From Microbotryum violaceum (Eukaryota): a stretch of 64,000 bases of DNA. Under the pieces are notes generated by a model, which did not search any database, was not told the origin of the DNA, and saw only the letters and a list, made by a program, of their open reading frames with translations. Shown piece after piece: positions 9,409-22,477 of the stretch. The DNA lies in NCBI GenBank assembly GCA_001244265.2, contig CDLV01000005.1, forward strand, positions 2,170,001 through 2,234,000, given 5' to 3'. Position 1 is the stretch's first letter. Every line of letters begins with the position of its first letter. A program made the translations under genes and the position numbers.

Positions 9409-12400
9409 ATGAGGTCCCTCACACTACTCGAGCTGGTCTCGCACCCCGTTGTCGGCTCATCCTCATCCTCGAGCTCGACGTCGACTTCACCGAGTTTGGT
9501 CGCAGCCGTGACGTTGGATGCGGCGACCCAAACACTCTACGTTGTTGCTGAGACCGTCACACCGCAATCCTGTAGTGAATTGTGCATATATCGCCTTGGA
9601 AACGACCGACAATCGCACGAGGTCAGTCCCACAGAGAGAGCGCTTCCGTGAGAGGCCCCACTCGATGATGAACGAGACTTGCACTGACCTTGAGATGCAC
9701 CCGCAGCTCCCACAACCCATCATCAGATGGACAACCGACCTCATCTCACCATTACCCAACATCCCACTTGTCGTCGCGTTCAGATACTTGCCCGAATCAG
9801 ACTCGCTTGTGCTCGTGCTTTCGAATGGCCATGTCGAGCAAATCTCGGACCCTTCTGGAGCGATCGGGGGAGCGGCCATGGTCCGTGGTGATAGGCTTGT
9901 ACTTTCGGCATGTTTTTGATTTTGATACTAACTCAGCAAGCCCATTCGTGCAGAGAGAGAATGTCGGTACTTTTGATTCGGGCATCAAGGCCGCCGCCTG
10001 GGCACCGGACGGAGAATCGTTGGCCCTCGTCACCGGTCAGTCCCCAATTCGAGTCCACTGTACGCCTCACCCGAGCTGACAACACCGCTCTCTCGGGATC
10101 GACTTTCTCCAGGCGACGATCTCCTGCTATCCATCACCGCGACCTTTGACGTGCTCTCCGAAGGGCCGCTAACGACCACCTCCTTCGGCGTCGATGCCCC
10201 CGTCAACGTCGGCTGGGGTGACAAGTCGACCCAATTCCACGGATCGCTCGGCAGATCCGCCGCTCAACAAAGTTCCCTTACCCCAACTCAAACACTCGCT
10301 TCTCCGAACGACGACGATCGTATTCGTATCAGTTGGAGAGGTGATTCGGCCTGGTTCTCCGTCAGCAAATTCGAACGGACTCCGACGGGGGATACCCGCC
10401 GCGTACTTCGGATCTTTTCGCGCTTGGGTGAATTAAGTTCGACGGGTGAAGCATGCGTGGGGATGGAAGGGGGATTGAGCTGGCAACCTAGTGGAAGTCT
10501 GATAGCTGTGAATCAGAGGGACAAGGGCCAACAGAGGGTGGTGTTTTTCGAGAGGAATGGGTTGAGGAGGTACGAGTTTGCGCTAAAGGGGGAGGGGGAG
10601 GGGACAACGGTAAAGGAGTTGAGTTGGAATTCAGAGTCGAATTTGCTGGGGGTTCGGTTGAGGAGGGAAGATGGGGATGTTGGTGAGTGATGCATCTGAG
10701 GTGGTCGCAAAGGGATCGAGCTGACTCTCGAAACGTTTCCCTAGTCCAACTATGGAACCGCAACAACTATTGCTGGACGCTCAAACAAGAAATCGCTCCT
10801 CGATCACGCATCACGTCCCTCTTCTGGCATCCTGAAGAACCCCTTTCGCTCTACCTTACGAACTCGACCGGGATCGAGCACTTTTCCCTCGCGTGGGATA
10901 CGTTCGTTTCCTCGCGCGAGGCACCTAAAGATTCAGGCTCGGTCGCGGTCGTCGATGGAGCAACGTTGAAATTGACCCCTTTCAGATTGGTCAACATACC
11001 TCCCCCTATGGCCGCCATTGTCCTCACCCTGGGGTTAGACATCACCAAAACTCCCGTACACGTCGCGTTCGCCAAGCAGGAGAACGGTTTCGTTGTCCTG
11101 TTCGATAATGGGTTGGTGCAAAGTTGGGCATGGGAACTGAATCTCAAGACCACGCGGAACAAACCAAGGAACGAGATCAAGGAACCTGTGTTGGATTGGT
11201 CCGTCAAGATCGACGGGCAAGGGTATTGTAAGCAATGTGCTGTGGTGGGTAAGGGGGATCAGAAGAAGGTCGCTGTGTTGAGGTACACGGGAAGAGGAGG
11301 GACTGAGGTGGTGCTTCTCGGGAAGGAAGGGAAACCGGAGGTCATCAGGGTTGAAGAAGGGGCTTGGAGGATCGAGGGCACGGAAGACGGCTTCGTGTTG
11401 GAGTCCAAGGATGGGACGTTGCTCGAAGGTAGGCCGGGGATTTGCGAATCAGCTCTGTCGGCGTACCACAAGCTGATGCCTGCCCACGTGCTACAGTCTC
11501 GTCCCAAGCCACCTCTGACGACATTCTCCTCCCATCCGACGACCTCATGCCTCTCGCCGAATTCTGTTCCGACATCCGCACTCTCACTCTTTCGACAACG
11601 CGTATCGTCCTCGGCCTTTCCCTCTCGGGTCGTCTCTATTCAAACTCGAAGTTACTCGCTTCGGACGCAACTTCGTTCATCTGCACCCACGATTTTCTCA
11701 TCTACACCACTTTCACCCACGAAGCCAAGTTCATCCCTTTGTTCTCCCTCGAATCGGGCCAACAGAACGATTTCGTCACCCATGTCGAGAGCGTACGGAA
11801 ATCCGCTTCGAGCGAGGAGGAATCGTCAAATTCGGTCAAAAACGGTGGGATGGGTATCAGGAGGGCTGTGGAGAGGGGTTCGAGGCTCGTCACTGTGGTG
11901 GAGAGTTCGACGACGTTGGTGTTGCAGATGCCGAGGGGGAACTTGGAGACGATCTGTCCGAGACCATTGGTGTTGAGGATTGTGAGACAGGAGTTGGACC
12001 GGTACGTTCGCATTTTTTATGGTTTCGACGTGGGATCACCTTGAGGCGCAGTCTGATTTTTTGTCATGATCTTTCACCGAGCAGAGGTCATTACCGCACC
12101 GCATTCCTAACCTGCCGTCGCCATCGCATCGATCTCAACATCCTTTACGACCATAACCCAACAACTTTCCGTGCCCACCTCTCCGAGTTCGTGAGCCAAG
12201 TCAAAGAAGTCGATTACCTCAACCTATTCCTCTCCGGACTTAAAGACGAAGACGTCACTAAAACGATATATAGATCGCTCATGATTCTCAGGCCAAAACC
12301 TTCCACCTCGATGAAGGCGGTCACGGAAGAGGATGATGGTGTCGTGAAGGGTAAAGTCAATGAGGTGTGCGATTTGGTCAGGGAGGAGTTGGAGAAGAGG

Positions 12401-14311
12401 GATGTGTTTGGGTATGCGAATTCGGTACTTACGGCTTATGTGAGGAAGAAACCGGCAGATTATGAGGCGGCGCTGAAGGTTTTGGTCGAATTGAAAGGTA
12501 AGGTCTCCTCACCTATCTCGTAAGAGACACGAATTGCTGATGTGCAGTTTTGAATCATCCATTCCACAGCCAAAGATTCCGACCGGGCCCAAGACGCCGT
12601 CAAATACATCATCTTCCTCTCCGACGCGAACAAGCTCTACGACCTCGCTTTAGGGATGTACGACTTCTCCCTCGTCCTTCTCATAGCCCAAGAATCGCAA
12701 AAGGACCCTCGCGAATACCTCCCCTTCCTCCGTGAACTCCGCCAACTCGATACCTACCTCCAACGACATCGCATTGATGATCATTTAGAACGCTACGATT
12801 CGGCGTTGAGGAATTTGGCTAAAGCAGGAGAAGGCAGGTTCGAGGAGGTTTTGGAGTATGCCAAGAGGCATGGGTTGTTTGGGACCGCTTTGGAGGCTTA
12901 TAAAGCGGATGCGGGGAGGTATAGGGTTGTCGTTGAGGCGAATGCGGATTATTTGATGGAGAATCGAAAGTATGCCCAGGCAGGGTTGCGTGAGTCTGGA
13001 TACCCCCGCCCGCGGTCTTTTGCACCGAGCTCAATCAGGACTGACAAGTCTGGCTTCATGTGTGTACAGTCTACTCGATTGCTTCTCAACCCTCCAAAGC
13101 GATCGCCGCCTACCAAAGCGCCAACGCATGGCAAGAACTCTTCACCATTGCCCTGTCCTCCGCTTCACCCGAAATGCCCAAGAAGTCCGCCGGTGAGATC
13201 AAGGCCTTGGCAGTGGAAGTTGCCGAGAGTCTGAGAGGGAAGAGAAGGTTCAGTGAGGCGGGGAGGGTTCTGTTGGAGTATGGGAGGGATCTAGAGGCGG
13301 CTGTCCACGTGCTGATTGAGGGTAACGAGTTTGCGGAATGCTTGAGGATCGTGAGTGGCCTTGAATATCGAGTGGAGGGGTGGAGGACCGAAGCTGACGT
13401 ATGTCTGGTGTTCAACAGTGCTCTTTGTACAATCGCCGGGATCTGGTCGAGACACACGTCAAAGCGAGCACACTCGAGGCGCAGTCCACATTGATCGACG
13501 ACTTTGGCGAGTTGAAGGAACAGATCGAGAAGCAGGTCGAGAGATTGGACGAGTTGAAGAAGAGGAGGGATGCGAATCCGAGTGAGTGACATCCATCAAA
13601 TCGTTTGATTGAAAAACGTCTGTATTGAGATATCTTGTTCGTCCGTTTGCCTCCCTCAGACCAATTCTTTTGTATCGACGACCCCTCCGAAGGACCCGAG
13701 GACATCGACGTCCAACCCGACGGTGAATCCGATGCCGGCACCGCCTTCACTCGCTACACAGCTGCGGCACCTACGACCCTCAGAGGGGGGAGTCGGATCA
13801 GCTCAACGCGGTCGAGTCGTTCGAAACGACGAGCGGGTTTGAAGAAGGCCGCGGGGAAGAAAGGGAGTATCTACGAGGAGACGTATCTGCTCAACTCGTT
13901 TAAGAAGAGCGTCGAGACGAGGTTGGCGGAGCTGCAGAGTGCGTACTCAAACGGGCTACTTTTGTCGGTTTAGGTTTGAGACAAACTGCTTACGACCTAT
14001 CTTCCTTTCCAACAGCCGAAACGGGTGCGCTCCTCTCTGCGCTCCTGCTCCTCCATTCGACGACCCACCGTTCGGCCGCTGCAGCACTACAAGCCGAGCT
14101 CGCGTCTCTTGAAGATGCTTTCCGAACGTCGCTCGATCACCTCTGGTCATGGAGGGAGAAGGAATGGGCGACCGAGAGGCACGAAGAGTTGCGCCTCAAG
14201 GCGCGAGGGGAATGGGTCGAAAAGCCCAAACCGGAGGAAGGGACCGAGAAGGTCGAGAGGCCCAAGATGGCGAAGGAGAAGTGGAGGCTCGGTTTGTTGG
14301 AGGTGTTGTAG
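9409..14311 (+). CDS. ELP1: Elongator complex subunit 1 (IKI3/IKAP), multi-exon
   Basis: Motifs VGTFDSGIKAAAWAPD, VNVGWG.KSTQFHGSLGR, ISWRGD, LSWQPSGSLIA, VVFFERNGLR, VERGSRLVTVV, LVLQMPRGNLETICPRPLVL, CRRHRIDLN, ALGMYDF.LVLLIAQ.SQKDPREYLPFL and GKKGSIYEE.YL. Confidence 0.96.
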
Positions 14312-14531
14312 TTTTTGGGGGTGCTCGTAGCGCATGATGATTATCACTATATCAGTTTGATCAATCAAGCGGGACTCTATGATTCCGCAGAAGAAACATC
14401 AAGAGATTTATGGGACAGCTGGCGATCATCTATTCTAGGCGCCTCTCGGCGATGCCCGTGTGAGGTGAGGCGACCGCTTCCCCCCACTTTGCCTCATCCC
14501 ACCCGACCCCCGACGGCCGGCTTGTTCCCGA

Positions 14532-16852
14532 ATGCTCACGGCGCTTCTTCGCACTATTCCTCCCTCTCGACCACTCATCACCTCATTCACTCGTCCCTTT
14601 GCCCGTTCGTTCCTCACCACTCGATACAACATGGCCCCTCAACGCGTCGAGATCAACATTGAGCCTCTGGCCGATGGCACCATGTCAGTTGCTCTTGCTC
14701 CATCCCGCTCTGAGGCGCTCCCCACTCGTCTGCTCGAGGCGAGACGAGCAGCTGGCGGTTGATCAGGAGGCACACCACGTTCCTCACGCTCTCTCATCTG
14801 GAACTGACCAAGTCCTTGTATACCCACTCCGAACAGGAAGGAAGTCCCCTTCCCCAAAACCGATTCTGAATCCAAGATCCTCATCTCCAAGGTATGTAGC
14901 ACTCCGCTTCGATGGCTTCGATCGTAGCAGACTCCGCGCCCGATGACGCCGCGCTGGGGCGTTGCTTCAACGCGCTCGATCGCCTCGATTTGCTCGATCG
15001 CTGATTGGTTCGGTCTTCTTTGGCTGATTGTCCCGTCTTTGCCCATGCTCCGATTTCTGGCAACCACAATGTAAATGGAAATACGAACAAATTTAGGTTC
15101 AAGGTTGCTACTACGCTACCTCGGCCAAGTGCACACATTATGGTGCACCCCTTGCCAAGGGTGTTCTCACCTCCGATGGCCGTGTGAGTACCCTTCCGGA
15201 CACGGGCAGCTCCTCCCCTCCGAACTTGACTGACCATCACTTGTCCCCTCATCCTCTCGGGTCTGCAGATCATCTGCCCTTGGCACGGAGCGGCCATGTC
15301 GTGCAAGACGGGAGACATCGAGGACGCCCCGGGACTCGACAACCTCGCAACGTTTAAAATCGAGTCCGAAGGGGACAAGCTTTTCGTCACCCCTCCCGAG
15401 AACGGCGACGTCACCGCGACGCGTCAACCGCCCTCGAACTCAGGTTCCAAGAGCCAGACGGGAGTTGTTATCGTTGGTGGTGGGGCTGGTGCGGCTCATG
15501 CGGTCGAGGCTTTGAGGCAGAACGGTTATGAGGGCAGCATCAAGGTCATTTCCAAGGAGCCTTACCTCCCCATCGACCGGTTAGTCCCCCAGCGACGTCT
15601 GTCAGATCTTGCTTGAATACGGGAGATACCCATACCGATTCGTTACGCTTCGCAGTACCAAGCTCAGCAAAGCGCTCCTCGCCGACCCGAGCAAGGTCGC
15701 ATTGCGATCGCAGGACTTTTATGACAAGCTCGGCGTCGAGTTCCAATTGAACACCGTATGTCGCATGTCTACATCATCGAGCAGCCTCTAAATGCTGTGC
15801 TGACGAGTTTTTCCCGGCTTCGCAATGTACAGGAGGTCGAATCGATCGACTTTGACAAGTCTTCCGTCAAGGTCTCCGGTGGGAATTCCGTTTCGTACGA
15901 GAAACTCATCCTCGCCACGGGCTCGAACCCAAACCGCATCCCCGTCGATGGCTCCAAGCTCGGCAACATTTTCGTCCTGCGCACGATCGAGGACACGAAG
16001 CAGATCAATGACGCTCTCGGTGGAGAGGATGGTCCCAAGAAGAACGTCGTAGTGATCGGCTCTTCCTTCATCGGCATGGAAGCTGCGCTCGCCGCCGCTG
16101 GCAAGGCCAACGTCACCGTCGTCGGGATGGAGAACGCGCCCTTCGAGGCGATCCTCGGCAAGGCGATCGGGAATGGGATCCGCAAGTTCCACGAGTCCAA
16201 GGGCACCAAGTTCTACCTCCCTGGTGCGCTGTCGCACTTTTCTGCCAGCTCGTCCGACTCGAGCAAGGTTGGATCGGTCGAGCTTAAGGATGGGACGTCG
16301 ATCCCCGCCGACTTGGTCGTTCTCGGTGTGGGAGTCAAGCCCGCAACCGCGTTCCTCAAAGCCAGTGGTGTCGAGCTCGAAAAGGATGGCAGCGTCGTGG
16401 TCGACGAGTACTTGAAGCTGCATGGCAAGGAGAACGTCTTTGCTGTCGGTGATATCGCAACTTACAAGGACGTCAAGACCGGCAAGAACACGCGCGTGGA
16501 GCACTGGAACGTCGCTTCGAACCACGCCCGCAACGTTGCCGCCACGATCGCTGGCAAGAGTCCGACGCCGTATGAGAAAATTTCGGTCTTCTGGTCCGCT
16601 CAGGGACAACAGCTTCGTTACGCCGGGACTTCGCGAGCCAAGACGTGGGAGGATGTCATCGTGCAGGGGTCACCCGAGGACCTCAAGTTCGTTGCTTACT
16701 ACACCGCCGGCGAGGACGTCGTTGCCGTCGCGTCGATGCAGAACGACCCGATCGCTGCCCACTGCTCCGAGTTGATGAGGTTGAATAAGATGCTGAGCGT
16801 CAAGGAGATCAAGGATGGCAAGTCGCCGCTGGATGTGAAGCTGGTGGCATGA
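14532..16852 (+). CDS. aif1: Apoptosis-inducing factor-like Rieske [2Fe-2S]/FAD-dependent pyridine nucleotide-disulfide oxidoreductase (AIFM3/aif1 type)
   Basis: Rieske ligands KCTHYGAPL and [58 protein letters not shown] and [11 protein letters not shown]. Alternative in-frame ATG at 14631. Confidence 0.9.
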
Positions 16853-17177
16853 GATGAGGAGGTCCGAGAGTTGGTCGAGCAGACGTCGAGTTTGCCCCCG
16901 CGGTCTCGTTTGTAGAAAGACACGATATTGAAAGGCCTTGTTGGTCTCTAGGGTTTTTGAATATTTCATGCAAATACAAGTCAGTCTGATGAAGCAAAGG
17001 CAATTGTCCAATGTGAGCGCTGCGGTGACGGTTGAGAGATGAAGCAAAGTCTTAGCTCGTGACCTGCTCGTGTCCAAAATTAGACATGACCGAAGCTGAG
17101 GAGGCCGACGTCGTTCCACGCCAGCGGCACCGAGGCTCTCGCTTCTCATTCAATCTTCCCCTGTACCTGAGAGTACG

Positions 17178-18077
17178 ATGGCCGGTCTCCTCATCTACGG
17201 TGCGACCTATCTGGTCATCAAAGCCGTCGACACGGTCAAAACCCGTCGGTCACCCGTCGTACCGACCCCACCGCTCTCGGACCCCGCGGCGTATCATTAC
17301 GGTGGCGATTCCGACTTGGGCGTCAGTCTATTTGTGACAGAAATCGAGTCGGTGCCTCATCAAAGGGGTACGAGACGGGAGATGAAACGACGACCTTTTA
17401 ATGAACGTCAACTTAAAGGTGCGTTGTGGTAACTGCTTTCGGGGGGGGGGGGTTCGATTGGGAAGCGTGGCTGATCTGCCGGAGGGTCATTTACGATCGG
17501 TATGCAGAGCTGTATCGATCCTGGAAGTACCGAGACGACATGCTCTTGTCCAAGCAGAAGGGGTTGGAGTATGCGATTGCACATGGTTGGGATGTATGTT
17601 GGGCCGGAAGGTGAGTCTGAACGTTTGACCGAACCATATGTGTGGGGAACATGTCCTGATCGCGGGACGACCACCCCTTTCTCCTCCTTCTTCAGGACAA
17701 GCGAATTCTCGACCGTCCGCCGCGCCCGGTCGGAATCCAGATTCGTCGTCGACCAACTAGCTCTAGCCATTGCCTGGTGTCGCTCCCAACAAGTTCCAAA
17801 AACCTCTCTCGTATCGACCTTTGAACCCCGATCGAAGATACGTCGACAAACTCGAACAGTCCATTCCAGCTGTCCCCCGAGTTTGTTGGAACTTCCTTGG
17901 CCTATCCCTGAGCCACCTGGGGAGAGGGAGTATGGGTTTGTGATTGAGAGGGCTCCGAGGTTCACGAAGGAGGGCCCGGAGGCGTTGCCACTCTATTCAC
18001 CGGCTGTCAATCAGGAGAGGGGGGAACGGAGGTTGGAGTTCACGCCTCTCGTTGAGGGTGAGAGGTGGAGAGCTTGA
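17178..18077 (+). CDS. Hypothetical protein (about 3 exons) with an apparent frameshift at a G12 run
   Basis: ATG 17178 opens a hydrophobic N-terminus (MAGLLIYGATYLVIKAV). GTCAGT and GTGAGT donors. The last exon ends ..LPLYSP..GERWRA*. Confidence 0.4.
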
Positions 18078-18603
18078 TCGCTTCCTGAGCTATGGAAATG
18101 ACGGGATCTCTCAAGGGAACTTGGGCTCGTGTGTGAATTAGGGATTGTATCTATTTCTGTGGGCTTTGTTGTCATCTATCGAACTATTTCCAGCTCTTCC
18201 GGATGTGGGGATGGTGTTATGTTTCTTCGCTTTTCTTTCGCTTGTTTTCGCAAGCTTACTGGGGACCCTGTCGCGGTCTTTTGCATTGAACTCGTCCTCG
18301 GTGGACTAAAATCACATGTTGAAAGTCTTGCTCTACTCTGTCCGAGGGGTGGCGATGAGACCGAGCTCCGCCGAGGGTCGATTTGGAACCCCTTCACGCA
18401 TCCGGAACCCATGCCTTCGCATGCATTATGTTGGTCAGAAGGGGATCGGTATTGATTCAGTGAGAGAACAAGTGTTTCGGTGGATCCGTGTCACGGAAAT
18501 GAGATGTGCATACGGCGGCATACTGGCCGCCGAACATGGTAAAATTACAACACATTTCTCTGACCTGCAAGACCGGGGGACTCGAAGACTGCGTCCCCTC
18601 TCT

Positions 18604-19335
18604 CTAATTGTTCAACCTCGTGTGATGCCCACTTCGCTCGCAAGAGTAGAAACCCGTGGCTGCATTCAGATGATAATCGTCCGTCAGCGAAAAGTTTTCC
18701 GTGGAAAAGATCATGGGGTTCAGGGATGTGGGTGGCACTGGACTGACCTCCTTCATCGGCGGATCGGAGTTGCATCGTCTTGACCGACATGCGTTCATTG
18801 CCACATTTTCGCACATCTCATCGACCTGTTTGGGCAGAAGCAGGGTAAAAGCAAAGGGTGAGCTCGAGGAGCTACGGGTGAAAAATCCTTTTGAGAAAAA
18901 AATAGCGTGGATTGACGGCCCGAAGAGACTCCACCACCAAAGAATTATGGACGCTGTAACGAACGTACATATACTTTCTTCTTTTCAACATCACCGGTAT
19001 GCTTGACCAATGACGTCTTCTTCTGCCTCAACGAACTCGGGAACGCCGCGGGGTGGGATTGGGTCGTGATCGTTTGGTTCTCGTAAGCTGTGCGGGGATC
19101 GCTACCGATAAGCTTTCACCTGAACGGTCACAGAGCCCTATGGCGAACCCGTCGAACGCACCAGCAGCGTCCTCCACCTGCAGTGTCCACACGCATCACA
19201 AACGATCTCGTCGTCGTCGCCGGGGAGGGCGAGGAGATCACTACAGCGCGAACAGAAGAGGAGCGAGCCAAAGTGGTTGTGTGAGAAAATGGGCGTGGAC
19301 GAAGAGGTGGGTTTGGTCTTTGTGGTAGGTGCTAT
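18604..19335 (-). pseudogene. RPA12: Pseudogenised duplicate of RNA polymerase I subunit A12
   Basis: Near-identical to 22478-23199, but the start ATG has become ATA (~19333-19335), there is a 5-nt insertion (cagtgt vs c, ~19181) in the N-terminal zinc ribbon, and a 1-nt deletion in GAAAAATGT (~18806). Confidence 0.85.
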
Positions 19336-20118
19336 GTTTGTCAAAGGGAAAAGCTGGAGGCGAGACGGGATTGAGGAGAGTGAGGATTGGTGACGGGGTG
19401 GATGAGGTTTTGAGCGTCCGATCTTCCGTGTGCGTCGTTATAGGGTTTCAGCGATGAACTTTACTACAATTGATTGGTGGTAGTTCTAAGACGGAGGAGT
19501 ACGAACGGCAAGCAGCGCAGCGATCCCGGATCCCGGTCTGGGAAGCGGAGCGCATGGGTCCGTGCGTGAAAGATTCCTCTTCTTACCAGCGAGGTCAAGA
19601 TCGCCGAGATCCTGAAATCCGGTAGGCTGCGTGTAGCCCCGGTCCAGGACATGTGGGACGCATATGCAATACTAGCAGTACCAATAGACCATCAATGTCG
19701 AGGAAAATGAGGTAGAGTAATTGACAAGCCTACTTCAGTCACTTGCGCAGCCCATCGGTGCCGCGCAGGGCTGCGCGTCTCCTCGGCTCGGGTGGAGCGT
19801 CACCGTACTGCATCGTGTGACCGAGAAGACCAGCGACCGAAGATCCAAACGCATCTTATGCACTAACGTCTCCTCTAAAGTCGTATTTTGCCCTAAATTC
19901 GTTCTGCCGACGACCACGCTACGTCATCAATTCTCGACCCTTGCGCGGGCCATTGAAGCATTCAAGTTGAAGCTCAAAGCTTTGTGTACGTCGTCGCTCC
20001 CGAGTCTCCGCTGCACTTAACAGGTAGGTACTTGATCTCTTTCCTGCTAACAAGCGTCAGTCATGGCACCTTCTCTCAACTGTAACCCCGAGTGTACCAC
20101 AAATCCACAGCATCGACA

Positions 20119-20487
20119 ATGTCAGGCTTTACGAGCGCCTGGTTCGGTGGTCTCGCGGGTGTGGTTTCGGCTGCGCTGTTCGCCGTGAGTCCCTAATATT
20201 CGTAGCTTGAGCCTGAAGTTGATGATGCAAAGACCGTGTCTTCCCGTGGCTGCAAGCAGAGGTGGGAGGAAATGCGAGTCAAGACCGAGATAGTTCGCTT
20301 AGAGCAGGAGCTCCGGGACTTGAAGGACGATGGGGAGGCTATGCGTCGGGAGGCCATGCAGGCCGTGATGGACCGTTGCCAGGCAGAGTTTGATCACGAG
20401 TTGCAACTAAACGCGAGCACCATCAAAGCTGGGATGCCGTCGAGCGTGTTCGTAGGACTTTGCGGAAAGCACGGGTCCTCGGCCTGA
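20119..20487 (+). CDS. Small hypothetical protein (97 aa): N-terminal hydrophobic anchor plus coiled coil
   Basis: Exon 20119-20184 (MSGFTSAWFGGLAGVVSAALFA) ends at a GTGAGT donor. After a CAG acceptor, exon 20260-20487 continues in frame (RWEEMRVKTEIVRLEQELRDLKDDGEAMRREAM..). Confidence 0.55.
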
Positions 20488-21483
20488 TCGGACTTGGCCG
20501 AGGTTCTTGGGACGCTGGTCGCGTTCGCCTGCAACCCTCGATGAAGCCTATCACGAGCCTCTGATATCACTCAAGTACGCATCTTTCGGACTATTTCGGA
20601 CCCAGAGGCCCTAGCTTCTCATTCACGTCTTGTCGCCCATTCTTGACCCTGCTTGGTACTTGCTAGTAGTGGTAATAGACGTGCTTCTTGAGTCTGGACA
20701 AGTTCAAGCCTCGCTTGCCGTGCACCGCTACTTGCCCCATTTTCATGCTGAGCATCCTGTTGTTACTGTCGCCTTGTTTGAACCTCGGGGATGCCCACGT
20801 GATAATTTCAGGCTGGAAAATACTGCAGGTCCGAAGCTTGCCTCTACCTGTCCTGCCAACTGCATGCAAAAGGCCTCGCCTTCTCAGCCCACCCACACCC
20901 CTGCCCGACGAATGTTTCGGCCCGGCTTTTGCCTTGCACTTTGCACTTTGCATTTCGCACGTTGAACCGCGACGCCGGCATCCTTCGCGAGTCTGCTAAC
21001 CGCTGACAAGCAATACTAGGCGCGTGACGCTAGCATTTGTGAGTAGCAACACCTTTGTTTGGAGATGATCCTTTTTACTCTGCACTGCCGCTGGCCGCCG
21101 GCGAGTGGTGGTTCGGGGCGGCCGAACGTCACTCGTGACGCGTCGTCCCGGCGCCGGAGGCCCGGAGTAGGTCCAAGTGGCTTTATCCGTCACTTAGCTG
21201 GCAGAGCCGGCATCTACCGTATCATCGTGGTGGCCGTACTCTGCTGATACTTCTACTCTGCCGTCTTGTACCGGGGTGATCTTTGCTTCTTCCCCAGTTT
21301 CCCTCCATCGACTTTCATCACGTGTGTGCGCAGCAGCTTCGTGGTCTACTCTCTTCATTCGCTAATGTCGAACAGCCATTTACGCGCACGTGCATGTGTG
21401 TCTGTGTGTGTGTGTACGTGTACAGATTGATTCCGCCTCCTACCGCGTCGTGCACACTACCCTGTGACATTCAACAGTCAACC

Positions 21484-21839
21484 ATGTCGGCCTCGGTGTG
21501 GGCCACGCGTTTGGAAGCGCACGGGCGATGGCTCCTCCCCGTCCTGGGGTTCTACAATGGTGCTATCATATCCTGGACGATCAACGTAAGTAATCTGCCT
21601 GATATCTACGTGTGTCGTGTGAGATGATGCCCAGACATGATGTGACGGTCCCTCTTCATTCGTAGTCTTGGATCCACCTTGACCGCTTTTACAGCGAACT
21701 CGAACGAAAAAAATGGTTGGTCAGCAGCGAGCGTATGGTCTGGGAGGTAGTGCGCAATTTCAGGCGCAAGGAGCTGGAACAGCTTGCTCAGTTAAAAGAC
21801 CAGCAAAATCGGATGCGTCAATCCAACCTGGGCAAGTAG
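21484..21839 (+). CDS. Small hypothetical protein (91 aa): N-terminal hydrophobic segment plus charged helical tail
   Basis: ACCATG start. Exon 21484-21585 (MSASVWATRLEAHGRWLLPVLGFYNGAIISWTIN) ends at a GTAAGT donor. After a TAG acceptor, exon 21666-21839 is in frame (SWIHLDRFYSELERKKW..RRKELEQLAQLKDQQNRMRQSNLGK*). Confidence 0.55.
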
Positions 21840-22477
21840 CTGAGTAAAGGCATCGGGCGCGGACGAGTGAGGAGCCGGGATCGGGAGCGTTTCAGGGGCT
21901 CTGCAATCCGGAGCGCGGCGTTCCACCTTGCAATACAAGACACTCCAACCAGCTTCTTTGGCGTGTGCTTGGCGACGCTTCAGTCGCCACAAATGACTGT
22001 AGGGTCAGTCTGGCCATCCATAGAGAGATGTCTCGGCGAGGCTAGTGCAGAACTGTCGTTTTGTCTTCGTTGTCTGTTCGCATTCTACTGTGGGACTGTC
22101 GCTTCGAAGTTAAAGCCGAACCCTTTTACAGTTCACTATATGTTCATTGTATCATGGGTACTCTGCTTCCCTCTGTCGGTCAGGCCATTTTGAAGTGCCT
22201 TTATGCACACGGAACCCTTCCATTCGTATACAATCGCGTTAGAAAGACTGGAATCCGCAAACTTCCGGTGAAGGAAGACAAGGCAAGTATTTCTCCAAGA
22301 CTTGTTATGGAAGTGAGACGTTGTGCGTAGCGGACCGAGCGCCTAACCTGCTACAATTACAACATATTTCTGGAACCAGCACCCAGCACGACCCCCAGCC
22401 CCCCCCCCCCCCCCCCCCCCAAACTGAATTCGGGAACTCCATACCCAATTGGCAATTGGCGTACATCCCAATGCGAT

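Noticed and set aside
19441-19448. Telo-box-like AAACCCTA upstream of both RPA12 copies (also ~23300)
   Set aside because: A single 8-mer whose recurrence is explained by the duplication, so there is no independent support.
20745-20999. Possible secreted peptide ORF MLSILLLLSPCLNLG..
   Set aside because: No supported exon structure or recognisable motif, so it is too weak to call.
22399-22420. Poly-C tracts (also ~63497-63511) and the TG microsatellite at ~21395-21415
   Set aside because: Simple non-coding repeats with no further structure.
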